Counted from the first letter of the stretch, positions 51,400 to 61,293 are shown. The stretch is DNA of 64,000 nt from an uncultured Methanolobus sp. (GCA_963675495.1 OY776215.1:2560001-2624000); one strand, 5' to 3'. A program made the numbers and translations. The notes: a model not told the origin generated them from the letters alone.

Positions 51400-51820
51400 G
51401 CTCTTTTAAATACTGTAATTGTTCGCCAATTCTCATACCTTGCAATGGGATCTCATAGTTGGGTATATGGGGTAGCAAAAATTTTCTGTACTTATCGCCT
51501 GCAAGAAAAACAAATTTATCGTTTTTTATGTCCGTAATCTTTCCTAGATCAGAAAGAACCTGTTTTGCCCACGTTTTGACTTCTTGTGACCTCATTTTAT
51601 TCAAAGTCTGTTCATAAGGCTCAATCTCTTCTTCCAAATCCAAAAGACCATACTTTGCAGACAAAATAAATATCCTGTCTGCAGAGATGGATTTAGCATA
51701 CTGCAAATTGTATTTGAAAAGGGTACTTACATACAAATTTTTTGCTTTTGCCTTATTGTCTAGTTTCTTACTGACACATGAAATTAATATATTCTTTTTA
51801 ATTTCCAACACCCAGCCCAT
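51383..51820 (-). CDS. DUF6884-like protein
   Basis: ISCVSKK, A..LY.S.LF, ILSAKYGL, IEPYE.TL, AG.KY, IGEQL motifs; overlaps downstream gene by 17 nt. Confidence 0.75.
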   Translation of the reverse strand: MGWVLEIKKNILISCVSKKLDNKAKAKNLYVSTLFKYNLQYAKSISADRIFILSAKYGLLDLEEEIEPYEQTLNKMRSQEVKTWAKQVLSDLGKITDIKNDKFVFLAGDKYRKFLLPHIPNYEIPLQGMRIGEQLQYLKEHVNNK

Positions 51821-52015
51821 TTATTCCCTTAATATCGATGTCGATTAAATTTATTATCTTCCATTTAAATCAATATTATTGGTATGGGTTAAAAAGTTTA
51901 GTTTTTTATTTCGTGATCAATTGCCTCTCTCCAAACCCTTTCTCTCATAATGATGAGTCTCATAATATATCAAAGTGTAGATATGTTTATATAGTATATT
52001 TTAATATTTAGAATT

Positions 52016-52212
52016 GTAGTCACAGAATCTGAAGGTTCAGTGTCTGCAGAACAATTGGTGGTACGGTATGCTTTATCGGAACGCTGAATCAAAAACGGAT
52101 TTAAATGAACAGAACGTGGGCAGATTCCCTCTCTGCATTCCCTACAATATCTCTCCCCAAAAAACGCTTTACTTTTCCACGTTCTGTATTCAGCTTTCTG
52201 AACCATTTTTTA
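52016..52212 (+). ncRNA. Candidate structured small RNA (possibly dual-function with sORF 52068-52253)
   Basis: TATA TTTATATA 51986-51993; stem 52034-52046/52077-52090 with three G-U pairs; perfect 11-bp stem 52109-52119/52177-52187; T6 end. Confidence 0.55.
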
Positions 52213-52310
52213 AGATTATGATGTTATTGCAATCTTTTTTGCAAATTGATTAGAAACAAGTATATCCAAACTTATATGTAAAAGACGATATATTCAGTTC
52301 ATTTGTCAGA

Positions 52311-53021
52311 TCAATAACAAAGTTTCTCCAACATTTTTCTTTCTTTTCGAATACTCTTTATCTTTGTTTCATGTTTTAAAATAGCATTTAGTTTGTTTAC
52401 GACGTCCTTAGCATCAGAACCATATATGTCAGCACCAATTTTCATGGCCCATTCAGCAGTTACTGGGGCTCCACCAACCATGGTCTTTACAGTATCTCGA
52501 ATACCAGCTTCATTTAGTTCCTTTTCGAGCATCATCTGGTTTATCATTGTAATCGTCATCAGGGCAGACGTAGCTATGACATCGGGACATATCTGCATTG
52601 CTTGTTCAACAAAAGTTTCCACAGGCACATCTACACCAAGATCGATAACATTATAGCCGTTGATATGAAGTGATGTTGCAATAATTTCTTTGCCAATGGA
52701 GTGGATATCCCCTTCTATTGTGCCAATAAGTATGGTTCCTTTTGATTTTATTCTATGAGTTCTTTCATATTTCGATGGCATTAAAACTTTGATACCGGCA
52801 TCCATTGCATCCGAAGCTGCAATTATGTGAGGCAGGAATATTTTCCCTTCATCAAACATTTCCTTTAGTTTAATGATAGCAGCGTAGTAACCATTTTTGA
52901 TAACATACTCAGGTTCAATTCCTGCATTAAGTGCTTCATATGCAACGTTCTGGGTCATGGTGTCATTGAGTTTTAGGACAGATTCCATCGCTTTTTTCGC
53001 AATAATTTCTCTAGCCAGCAC
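52311..53021 (-). CDS. Methyltransferase cognate corrinoid protein (MtaC/MtbC-like)
   Basis: FLPH cap domain, GDIHSIGK (DxHxxG), DLGVDVP, SALMT, MVGGAP. Confidence 0.92.
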   Translation of the reverse strand: MLAREIIAKKAMESVLKLNDTMTQNVAYEALNAGIEPEYVIKNGYYAAIIKLKEMFDEGKIFLPHIIAASDAMDAGIKVLMPSKYERTHRIKSKGTILIGTIEGDIHSIGKEIIATSLHINGYNVIDLGVDVPVETFVEQAMQICPDVIATSALMTITMINQMMLEKELNEAGIRDTVKTMVGGAPVTAEWAMKIGADIYGSDAKDVVNKLNAILKHETKIKSIRKERKMLEKLCY

Positions 53022-53156
53022 TTGTAACCACTTCTTATTTGATATTCAATATTTTTACAGCATCCTATATTTAATCGGCAGTAAGTAATTGTTTTCCGTT
53101 TTTAAAATATATAAAACTATCTCATACGTGAAAAAGCAAAAAAAATAGAAAATGCT

Positions 53157-54215
53157 TTAGTATTGGTCAGCATTTTCGTTATTTTCAGAAAGGTACTCCT
53201 CGTTGAACATCTTTGCCATGAGAACTACATATGATATTAACAGGGGACCAATCACAATCCCCAGCAGTCCGAATAGGTTCAATCCGATTATCACTCCTAT
53301 AATGGACTCAAGGGGATGAATACTCCCGACTTTTTTCTGTATCAATGGCCGGAGGAAATTATCAACAGAACTAAGGAGTACACCTCCTATCAAAATGCCC
53401 AGAGCAGTAAAATAATCCTGCTGAATTAGTTGAACTATTACTGCAGGTCCCCATATGAGTGTTGCACCGACTACTGGCAGGAAGGAAAGAAGGACTGCCA
53501 CAAAGCCCCAGAGGAACGCGCCCTCAACTCCAAGTAGAAGAAATGTCACTGTGAGTATTGTTCCTTGCACAAAGGCAATAATGCCCGAGCTGATAAGTGT
53601 TGCATTAACAATGGACTTAAATTCATTTTTGAGTATCTCTGTATTCTTCCTGTTGAATGGTATTGCATTTTGGAGTTTAGCTGAGTATGTTGACCCAACT
53701 CCTACAAGAAGGTAGTACAGGAGGAAATACATTATCACAAATTCAATAAGCCTTTGTCCCAGGCTTTGAATCGCATTTAAGAGTAGAATACTAAAGAAGT
53801 TAGCAGCTGATGCAATGACTTCTGTAATTTTGTCTCTTATACTAATCTCTACAGGCAATCTTTCAAGAGGCAGTTGGCTGACATAAAGGCTTAATGAGTC
53901 TATATATTCAAGGATGGTATCCGTGTCAAACAGGATATTTTGCATCTGGAGGACCACTATTGTGATGAGTATGTATAGTGGGATCAATATTAAAATAATT
54001 GTCATGAAGATAATCATAAAAGCTGCTATATTTTTGTTAAAGCTCTTTTTGGTTGTAAGGTATGCGTATAGTGGTTTGAATACCACATACAGTATGAATG
54101 CCCCTAAAAATGCATTGATGTATGGATAAAGGGCGTAAATAAGTATGGCTGCCAGCACGCTAAGCATCAGAAGTGCCTGTGGCATCTTGCTCGACTGTTT
54201 CATTACTTCTTTCAT
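53157..54215 (-). CDS. AI-2E family transporter
   Basis: LPVVGA, DNFLRP, FGLLGIVIGP. Confidence 0.9.
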   Translation of the reverse strand: MKEVMKQSSKMPQALLMLSVLAAILIYALYPYINAFLGAFILYVVFKPLYAYLTTKKSFNKNIAAFMIIFMTIILILIPLYILITIVVLQMQNILFDTDTILEYIDSLSLYVSQLPLERLPVEISIRDKITEVIASAANFFSILLLNAIQSLGQRLIEFVIMYFLLYYLLVGVGSTYSAKLQNAIPFNRKNTEILKNEFKSIVNATLISSGIIAFVQGTILTVTFLLLGVEGAFLWGFVAVLLSFLPVVGATLIWGPAVIVQLIQQDYFTALGILIGGVLLSSVDNFLRPLIQKKVGSIHPLESIIGVIIGLNLFGLLGIVIGPLLISYVVLMAKMFNEEYLSENNENADQY

Positions 54216-54300
54216 TATTGTCCTTAGTATTTAAGGTTAATATCCATATATTGTTGTCATTTGATAACAGCTATATCATATTGGATAATTATTTCAGTCG

Positions 54301-55134
54301 ATGGTATCAAAATATGTCGGCCTGTTCAGTAGAACTCTGGATAAGTGGAAGGAAGATGATGGTATCACAAATAGTGCAGCTCTTTCTTTCCATACAATAA
54401 TCGGTCTGCCGGCTCTTCTTCTTTTCACTTTGTCCTTAGGTAGCATTTTCCTGAAAGAACAGATAATTGAGGCGGCCATCATTACGGATGTATCGTTGTT
54501 TGCAGATGACGTTTCTATAAAAGCTTTGAATACGCTTTTTACACAACTTTCTGTGAGCAACTCTTTTAGTGTCAGTGCTGTTGTCAGTTTTTTGATCTAT
54601 CTATGGAGTGCAGGCAATATTTTCCTTCAGTTTCAAAAGATGATCAATAAAATGTGGGGTGCGAGAGCTTCTAACAGGAACTGGATTCATGGTTTTCTCC
54701 GTAAAAGGTTCTCAGCTCTTGTTGCAGCTCTTGCCTTTGGGATGCTTGTGGCCATTAGCACAGTATTTGAACTGATATTCTTTGTCATTTCTGATAATCT
54801 GGAGGCAACTCTTTCAATTTCTACAGGTGCTGTAAAATATACAAGCTTTTTGATCAATTTTAGTACTTTGATCGTTCTTTTCATGTACCTTTTCCGAGCA
54901 CTTCCTGAAACGATCATTGACTTGAAATATGTTTTTACAGGTTCATTACTAACGGTTACTCTGCTTACAATGGGCAAATATATGATGGGTATTTATCTAT
55001 CACACAGCAATGTTGCTACAGTTTACGGAACAATAGGTTCAATAATTGTCATTTTCCTTTGGGTCTATATGTCTTCTATTATTGTTACTTTCATGGTAGA
55101 ATTCATAGGGGTCCATTCTGGATCAGGTAGGTAA
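54301..55134 (+). CDS. YihY/BrkB family membrane protein
   Basis: SAALSFH, YLFRALP, YGTIGS...LWVY. Confidence 0.88.
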   Translation: MVSKYVGLFSRTLDKWKEDDGITNSAALSFHTIIGLPALLLFTLSLGSIFLKEQIIEAAIITDVSLFADDVSIKALNTLFTQLSVSNSFSVSAVVSFLIYLWSAGNIFLQFQKMINKMWGARASNRNWIHGFLRKRFSALVAALAFGMLVAISTVFELIFFVISDNLEATLSISTGAVKYTSFLINFSTLIVLFMYLFRALPETIIDLKYVFTGSLLTVTLLTMGKYMMGIYLSHSNVATVYGTIGSIIVIFLWVYMSSIIVTFMVEFIGVHSGSGR

Positions 55135-55404
55135 AGACAATCTAAGTTTAAATTGAATGTGGATTCTATTGTGTATGGTATATCTCTTTGTATAATTGGT
55201 GTGTTTTGTGACTAGTGTGCATCTATGTGATATTTAATACTGCAGAATCGTACACTGGATTATCGGGTGTGTCAGGCATGTATGATTTGTATTACATTTT
55301 CATACACATACGTGATTGCTTATTTTTTAAGTTTTCATTTCCGATGTATGATGGTAACATATAATTATTATTCAATATGATATGTATTAAGGGAGTGTAC
55401 TAAT

Positions 55405-55888
55405 ATGGGATGGGAACAAATTGCCTGGAAAAAATTGATTATCTCAATTGGCTTATGTCAGTTAACTGGCATTGGGGGGAATATTCACTTATAGCTCCAT
55501 ACCTACGTGGTATGCATCACTTGTGAAACCATCCTTCGTTCCTCCAAGCTGGCTTTTTTCAGTAGTCTGGCCTCTCCTTTATATTTTAATGGGTATTGCT
55601 TTTTATATTATATGGCAAAAAGGATGGAAGATAACAAAAGTAAGAATCGCAATGTATGTATTTAGCATCCAATTGTTTTTGAATTTACTCTGGTCCATTT
55701 TGTTTTTCGGACTTCGTTCTCCCTTCATGGGTCTAATTGATATCGTGCTTCTCTGGGTAATTATCGGATTGAATATTGTGCTTTTCTACAGAATTTCAAA
55801 ACCCGCAGGTATGCTTCTGGTACCCTACATTCTATGGGTGTCATTTGCGACTATGCTTAATTATTCGATAATGGTATTAAACCCTTGA
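55405..55888 (+). pseudogene. tspO: TspO/MBR protein, frameshifted at G6 run 55474-55479
   Basis: GGGAG SD plus ATG 55405 gives MGWEQIAWKKLIISIGLCQLTGI, out of frame with GGIFT..WYASL.KP..PP.W.F..VW...PY..WV.FA..LN. Confidence 0.8.
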
Positions 55889-55935
55889 ATGTTACAAGGG
55901 TTATTCATAGGTTCTGTGGATGCAAAGTTCTCTTT

Positions 55936-56235
55936 TTACAGTATTTCTCTCAGAGCATTAGCAGCAGCATAAACGCTTCCAATACCGCCAATATAGTTTG
56001 CTATGCGGACAGCTTCCATTATTTCTTCTTTTGTTGCCCCTTCAGCCATTGCCTGCATGGCTAGCACTTTTACTCCATCTACGGCTCCGTGTTCAGCGTC
56101 AAGTGCCAGGGCTATGAGATACTTGTATTTCAGTGGTATGCTGCCTTGTGAAAGTGCATTTTCACGTGTTGCATCTATGATATTAAAAAAATCACTGTCC
56201 TTTTCCTGAATTATGTTTAGTGGGTGTCCTTCCAT
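55936..56235 (-). CDS. Carboxymuconolactone decarboxylase (CMD/AhpD-like) family protein
   Basis: K.K.LIALAL...GATKEEI.E; GGAGG SD before ATG 56235. Confidence 0.85.
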   Translation of the reverse strand: MEGHPLNIIQEKDSDFFNIIDATRENALSQGSIPLKYKYLIALALDAEHGAVDGVKVLAMQAMAEGATKEEIMEAVRIANYIGGIGSVYAAANALREIL

Positions 56236-56371
56236 TATTTCTCCTCCTTCTTTTTGCACATATTTTTTTTGATCTTTGTATTCTGACCATAAGATATTGT
56301 GCTTGTCTGGTATTTTATTTTTTACCTTTGTTTTGACTCCTGTCTGGATTTATGGTCTCAAAATGCTTATA

Positions 56372-56403
56372 TATGACTCTGGTCATTTATGACTCTGGTC
56401 ATT
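56372..56403. promoter_or_regulatory. Tandem palindromic TetR operators
   Basis: TATGACTCTGGTCATT twice in tandem, each ATGAC-N4-GTCAT, immediately after TATA CTTATATA. Confidence 0.75.
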
Positions 56404-56429
56404 TATATTTAATGGACAACCGAGGCAAT

Positions 56430-57032
56430 ATGTCCCTGCGAGAAAAAAAGAAACAGGAAACCAGAAATCGAATTTTTGCTGTATCTGGTCAATTGTTCAA
56501 AGAAAAAGGGTTTGAGAATACAACAGTTGATGAGATCACAAAGGAAGCTGGTATAGCTAAAGGCACTTTCTTTAATTATTTCCCAACAAAAGAATCACTT
56601 CTGCTTTACTTCAAAAAGCAAAAAGAGGAGCTGATCTTTAATGTACTTGAAACTCAAATGTCTCTGGATGTGCCTGCAAAAGAGAAGATAACGAACTTTC
56701 TCGTACTCCTTGCAGAGAATTATGAAAAGGATAAGGAACTTACAAGACTATTGTTCTTTGAGCACAAACGTCTTACAATGATTTCCACCCAGCAATCGGG
56801 CGAAAAAAAACAGGCTCATCAGAGGTTTATTGATATGATCTGTGATTTTCTCAAAGAAGGTGTGCAAAACGGGGAAATCAAGAATGGAATTGATCTTAAG
56901 ATTGCATCAGAAAGTCTGAATGCTATCTATTTCCACTCACTAATGATATGGTTACATTCGGATAATAATACTTCTTTTTCCAGGGATATATCAGCAAAGA
57001 TCGATCTTTTATTCGCAGGAATCGGGGAATGA
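56430..57032 (+). CDS. TetR/AcrR regulator
   Basis: LREKKK.ETR, F.EKGFENTTVDEI...GIAKGTFFNYFPTK. Confidence 0.93.
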   Translation: MSLREKKKQETRNRIFAVSGQLFKEKGFENTTVDEITKEAGIAKGTFFNYFPTKESLLLYFKKQKEELIFNVLETQMSLDVPAKEKITNFLVLLAENYEKDKELTRLLFFEHKRLTMISTQQSGEKKQAHQRFIDMICDFLKEGVQNGEIKNGIDLKIASESLNAIYFHSLMIWLHSDNNTSFSRDISAKIDLLFAGIGE

Positions 57033-57035
57033 AAA

Positions 57036-58019
57036 ATGTTTGCAATTACAGTTGAAGATCTTACTAAGAAATTCGGTGATTTTACTGCCGTGAACAAGCT
57101 TTCTTTTAGCATAAAAAAAGGTGAGGTATTTGGTCTACTCGGTCCTAACGGAGCCGGTAAGACCACTACCATGTCAATGCTTTCAACCATGCTTAAACCA
57201 AGCTATGGAAAAGCATCTGTTAATGGATACGATATACTGACAGACGAAGATGATGTCCGCAAGTCTATTGGTATAGTATTCCAGGACCAGAGTCTGGACG
57301 AGGAGCTTACAGCTTACGAGAATATGGATTTTCACGGAAGATTATATCGTATTCCTAAGGACACCAGACAAAAAAAGATCATGGAGCTACTTAAACTGGT
57401 GGAATTGGATGGGAAGAAAGACAATATTGTGAAAACATACTCAGGTGGTATGAGGCGTCGCCTGGAAATTGCAAGGGGACTGTTGCACGAACCAAAGGTT
57501 CTTTTTCTGGATGAGCCAACCCTTGGCCTTGACCCGCAGACAAGGAATCACCTTTGGGACTACATAGAGAAACTGAACAAAGAAAAAGGTATTAGCATAA
57601 TTCTTACCACGCATTATATGGAAGAGGCTGACAAACTTTGCCATAGGATCGCTATCATAGACAGAGGTGAAATAGTAGCCATGGACACGTCTGATAAATT
57701 GAAAAATGATATTGGAGGGGACTTGATCACTATAGTTTCTTCCGGGAAGGATGATTTGTATTCAGCGGTTAGTTCCTTGCCGGAAATTGAAAACATTGAG
57801 ATGCATGATTCCTCTCTCATCATTGGTTTGCAAAATGCGGAAAAGCATGTTGCACAGATGGTCACCCTGGCTTCAGAGAAGGGTATTCCCATTGATTCAA
57901 TATCTATTCACAAACCAACCCTTGAAGACGTGTTCCTGCACTTTACAGGCAGGAGTATAAGGGAAGAGGAAGCCAGTGGAAAAGAACAGATGCGTATGAT
58001 GCAAAGAGCCAGGAGATAA
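57036..58019 (+). CDS. ABC exporter ATP-binding protein (DrrA-like)
   Basis: GPNGAGKT, YSGGM, LDEPT, THYM, PTLEDVF. Confidence 0.95.
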   Translation: MFAITVEDLTKKFGDFTAVNKLSFSIKKGEVFGLLGPNGAGKTTTMSMLSTMLKPSYGKASVNGYDILTDEDDVRKSIGIVFQDQSLDEELTAYENMDFHGRLYRIPKDTRQKKIMELLKLVELDGKKDNIVKTYSGGMRRRLEIARGLLHEPKVLFLDEPTLGLDPQTRNHLWDYIEKLNKEKGISIILTTHYMEEADKLCHRIAIIDRGEIVAMDTSDKLKNDIGGDLITIVSSGKDDLYSAVSSLPEIENIEMHDSSLIIGLQNAEKHVAQMVTLASEKGIPIDSISIHKPTLEDVFLHFTGRSIREEEASGKEQMRMMQRARR

Positions 58020-58023
58020 AGGA

Positions 58024-58773
58024 ATGGACATAGTTTACACTATATGGCTAAGGAATGTTAAACGATATATTCGTTCAAAAAGCAGACTCCTGGGTAGTTT
58101 AGGTATGCCTGTGTTCTTCCTGCTGGTCCTCGGATTCGGTCTGAATTCCGTGGTCGTTCTTCCAGGCATGGAACAAGGATATATAGGATTTATAATCCCA
58201 GGAATAATTTCCATGAGTGTTCTTTTCACTTCGGTGTTCTCAGGTATACAGATAATATGGGACAAGCAATTCGGTTTCCTTAAAGAAACATTAGTTGCAC
58301 CGGTTTCAAGATTGGAGATTATGCTTGGTCAGACATTTGGAGGAGCTACCACAGCTGTAATACAGGGACTTATGATATTTGTTCTTTCACTGTTCATGGG
58401 ACTTAAGGTAAGTAGTATCCCTGGATTTGCAATAGCAATTATTTTTATGCTGTTGATTGGGATATCTTTCACAGCATTCGGGATTGCCATAGCTTCAAGA
58501 ATGGATGATATGCATGGTTTCCAGCTTATAATGAATTTTGTAATCTTCCCGATATTCGGATTATCCGGTGCCCTGTTCCCTATCGACAGCCTGCCGGCAG
58601 GAGTTAGGTTCCTTACACTGCTGGATCCTCTTACGTATGGAGTTGAAGGTATCAGGTATGGTCTTCTCGGCAGTTCCCAGATTGATCCTGTAATTAGTTT
58701 TGTAGTCCTTTCAGGATTTACGGTAATGATGGTGTTAGTTGGTTCGTATTTGTTCAGGAAAATAAGCATTTGA
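58024..58773 (+). CDS. ABC-2 type permease
   Basis: Six TMs, FGFLKETLVAP, SGALFP, PLTY. Confidence 0.93.
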   Translation: MDIVYTIWLRNVKRYIRSKSRLLGSLGMPVFFLLVLGFGLNSVVVLPGMEQGYIGFIIPGIISMSVLFTSVFSGIQIIWDKQFGFLKETLVAPVSRLEIMLGQTFGGATTAVIQGLMIFVLSLFMGLKVSSIPGFAIAIIFMLLIGISFTAFGIAIASRMDDMHGFQLIMNFVIFPIFGLSGALFPIDSLPAGVRFLTLLDPLTYGVEGIRYGLLGSSQIDPVISFVVLSGFTVMMVLVGSYLFRKISI

Positions 58774-59078
58774 TAAATGCATTGAATTAGTATGTTTTAA
58801 TCAGAAGTGGCAATACAATTAATATACCTAATTTTACTGAACACATTCTCTAAAAATCAGGAACTTGTGTGAAATTAATTTTATATATTGAAATTTATTA
58901 TTTATCAGTGTGCGCTTTTAGTGATGAGCTACTTGTTTTTATTTGATAGTGTAAATGTAATGTCCCATTACATTTTTATATAAGTAACGTTATACTGGAC
59001 ACGACTCTGTAAACTATCTAATTTTACAACTGCGCAAGGTGGTTAATGGAGACTGGTTTACTTGTTAGAAGGGAGTTC

Positions 59079-59378
59079 ATGAAAAAATCATTGTTGCTTG
59101 ATTTTGCTGAAAAAAAGGATTCTGTGCTCAAATCAAATATCGAGGAAATGGGATTTACGGTATTTTCACTATTGGCATCAAGTTTAATTAGTCCTGATGA
59201 CCTTCCTGCCATGAAAAATTATATTGTTTTCCATTCATACAATGAAGTGGAGTTCAATTCAAATTTTGATTCCCTGTTTGCTAGCTCATTATTAAATAAC
59301 ACTTTTTCTGAAAACATGGATGTTTCCATACTTGGTGATGGGGAACATTTTGACAATGCTATTACAGAAGGTATGTGA
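59079..59378 (+). CDS. Hypothetical protein preceding histidine kinase
   Basis: GGGAG SD before ATG 59079; stop 1 nt before the kinase ATG. Confidence 0.5.
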   Translation: MKKSLLLDFAEKKDSVLKSNIEEMGFTVFSLLASSLISPDDLPAMKNYIVFHSYNEVEFNSNFDSLFASSLLNNTFSENMDVSILGDGEHFDNAITEGM

Positions 59379-59379
59379 A

Positions 59380-60915
59380 ATGAAGGATGATTTTTCTATT
59401 CAGGAAAAAGCGCTGGACATAGCTTATGAGCATGCTCCTAATTTGATTTTGATGATCGATCACAACTTTCGAGTGGAGCGCATCAATAGGATTGGTGTTG
59501 AAACCATAGGAAAGGACCCTGAAGATATTCTTGGGTTTGCATTAGGGGCTATATTTTCGTGTGTCAATTCATTTGAAGGGGATGGGTGTGGCACAAATAA
59601 TAATTGTGTTACCTGCTCTATCCGTGATATCATTGCTAGATCATTTAGCTTAGGTTCTGATTTTCATAAGATTGAAGGAAGTATGGATACTCTTAGCGCT
59701 GATGGTATTGTTTCAAATCATAAGTTCCTGGTTTCTACTGTATATGTGGGTTCACAGGGCAACGATAAGGTTCTTTTATATCTTGATGATATAACTGAAC
59801 GCAAAAAAGCTGAAAACACCCTAAAAGAAAGTGAGGAACGCTTCCAGACTCTGTATGAGAACATGCCAGGCGGGATGATCATTATCGGTAAAGATTACGT
59901 AATAGAGGACGTAAATCAGCGTACTTGTGAGATCACAGGTTATGGGAAGGAGGAACTTGTGGGGCAACTATGCGATATTGTTTGTCCCAAGGGTTCATTA
60001 TCGAAAAAATGTCCAATATGGATCGATTGTCTTGATGGTTTTCAGGGAATGGATACTGCTATCAAATGCAAGGATGGGACAAGGACCCCTATATTGAAGA
60101 ATGCAAAGAAGATCTTTATTGAAGGAGAACAATACATTCTGGAGAATTTCCAGGATATATCCGTGCAAAAGAATGCAGCAGAGGCTATAATCAATGCAAA
60201 GATTTTAGCTGAGGAAGCTAACAGGACCAAGAGTGAGTTTCTTGCAACAATGAGTCATGAGCTTCGGACACCTTTAAACGCTGTAATTGGTTATTCTGAC
60301 CTTTTGCTCGAAGAGTCATTTGGGGTGCTCGTTGCACAGCAGAAAAAGTCCTTAAATCATATTTCTAATAGTGGAAGGCATCTGCTGAAATTGATCAATG
60401 ATATTCTTGATATCTCAAAAGTGGAATCTGGAAAAATGGAATTGTATTATGAAGAGTTCTTTGTTAGTGAAGTATTCATGACAGTCTTGAATATCGTTTC
60501 TCCTCTTGCAAGGAAAAAGAACATAAAACTTGAAAGCAGCATTGTTCCTGATAACTTATTAATAAATGCTGACAAGGTTCGGTTCAAACAGATATTGTTC
60601 AATCTTGCAAGTAATGCAGTGAAATTTACTTCGGATGGCGGTTCTGTTCTGCTAGATGCACACAAAAAAGATGATGTGATAGAGTTCTCCGTGATTGATA
60701 CGGGTATAGGTATCTCATCAGATAATGTTGGTAGGTTATTTCTTCCTTTCCAGCAAATCGACTCTACTATTTCAAGAGAGTATAATGGTACGGGTCTTGG
60801 GTTATCACTTGTAAAAAGATTCGTTGAAATGCATGGTGGAACGGTATCAGTTGAAAGTGTGCTTGGTCAGGGAAGTAACTTTAGTTTCAGTCTTCCACTG
60901 TGTGACAAACACTAG
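59380..60915 (+). CDS. Cytoplasmic PAS-PAS histidine kinase
   Basis: Two Cys-rich PAS domains, SHELRTPL, NAVKF, DTGIG, GTGLGL. Confidence 0.92.
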   Translation: MKDDFSIQEKALDIAYEHAPNLILMIDHNFRVERINRIGVETIGKDPEDILGFALGAIFSCVNSFEGDGCGTNNNCVTCSIRDIIARSFSLGSDFHKIEGSMDTLSADGIVSNHKFLVSTVYVGSQGNDKVLLYLDDITERKKAENTLKESEERFQTLYENMPGGMIIIGKDYVIEDVNQRTCEITGYGKEELVGQLCDIVCPKGSLSKKCPIWIDCLDGFQGMDTAIKCKDGTRTPILKNAKKIFIEGEQYILENFQDISVQKNAAEAIINAKILAEEANRTKSEFLATMSHELRTPLNAVIGYSDLLLEESFGVLVAQQKKSLNHISNSGRHLLKLINDILDISKVESGKMELYYEEFFVSEVFMTVLNIVSPLARKKNIKLESSIVPDNLLINADKVRFKQILFNLASNAVKFTSDGGSVLLDAHKKDDVIEFSVIDTGIGISSDNVGRLFLPFQQIDSTISREYNGTGLGLSLVKRFVEMHGGTVSVESVLGQGSNFSFSLPLCDKH

Positions 60916-60921
60916 TTTTTT

Positions 60922-61293
60922 CTAAGCCAAAAGTTCTTTGTCGAAATTTTCGATAAGATCATTCATTTTCTGGTACCATTGGTCTATGGTCTTTTTAATC
61001 ATTTCTTTGACCACTGTCGGTTCAATGGCAACATATTCATAGTAGTATCCACCGATAGAAATGGATTTTGTTTCTCTGTATACAAGTCCGGCGGCAATTA
61101 GGTTTTGTAATGAGCGGTATGCTGTGCTTCGTTCACGATCAAGTAGTTCTCCGAGTTTCTCAGCTGTCATGGCACCGTTTTCAAGCAAGGTTTTGTATGT
61201 ATTGATGTCAAGTTCCTTTAGTCCAAGTATGCATTTTGCCATGTCTTCACATTTGCATTCGGCTCTTAGCATTTCAGGTATAGAACTCGCCAT
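60922..61293 (-). CDS. Small TrmB-like HTH regulator (COG3355-like)
   Basis: C.C...KC.LGL, RERSTAYRSLQNL...GLV, GGYYYEY. Confidence 0.85.
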   Translation of the reverse strand: MASSIPEMLRAECKCEDMAKCILGLKELDINTYKTLLENGAMTAEKLGELLDRERSTAYRSLQNLIAAGLVYRETKSISIGGYYYEYVAIEPTVVKEMIKKTIDQWYQKMNDLIENFDKELLA

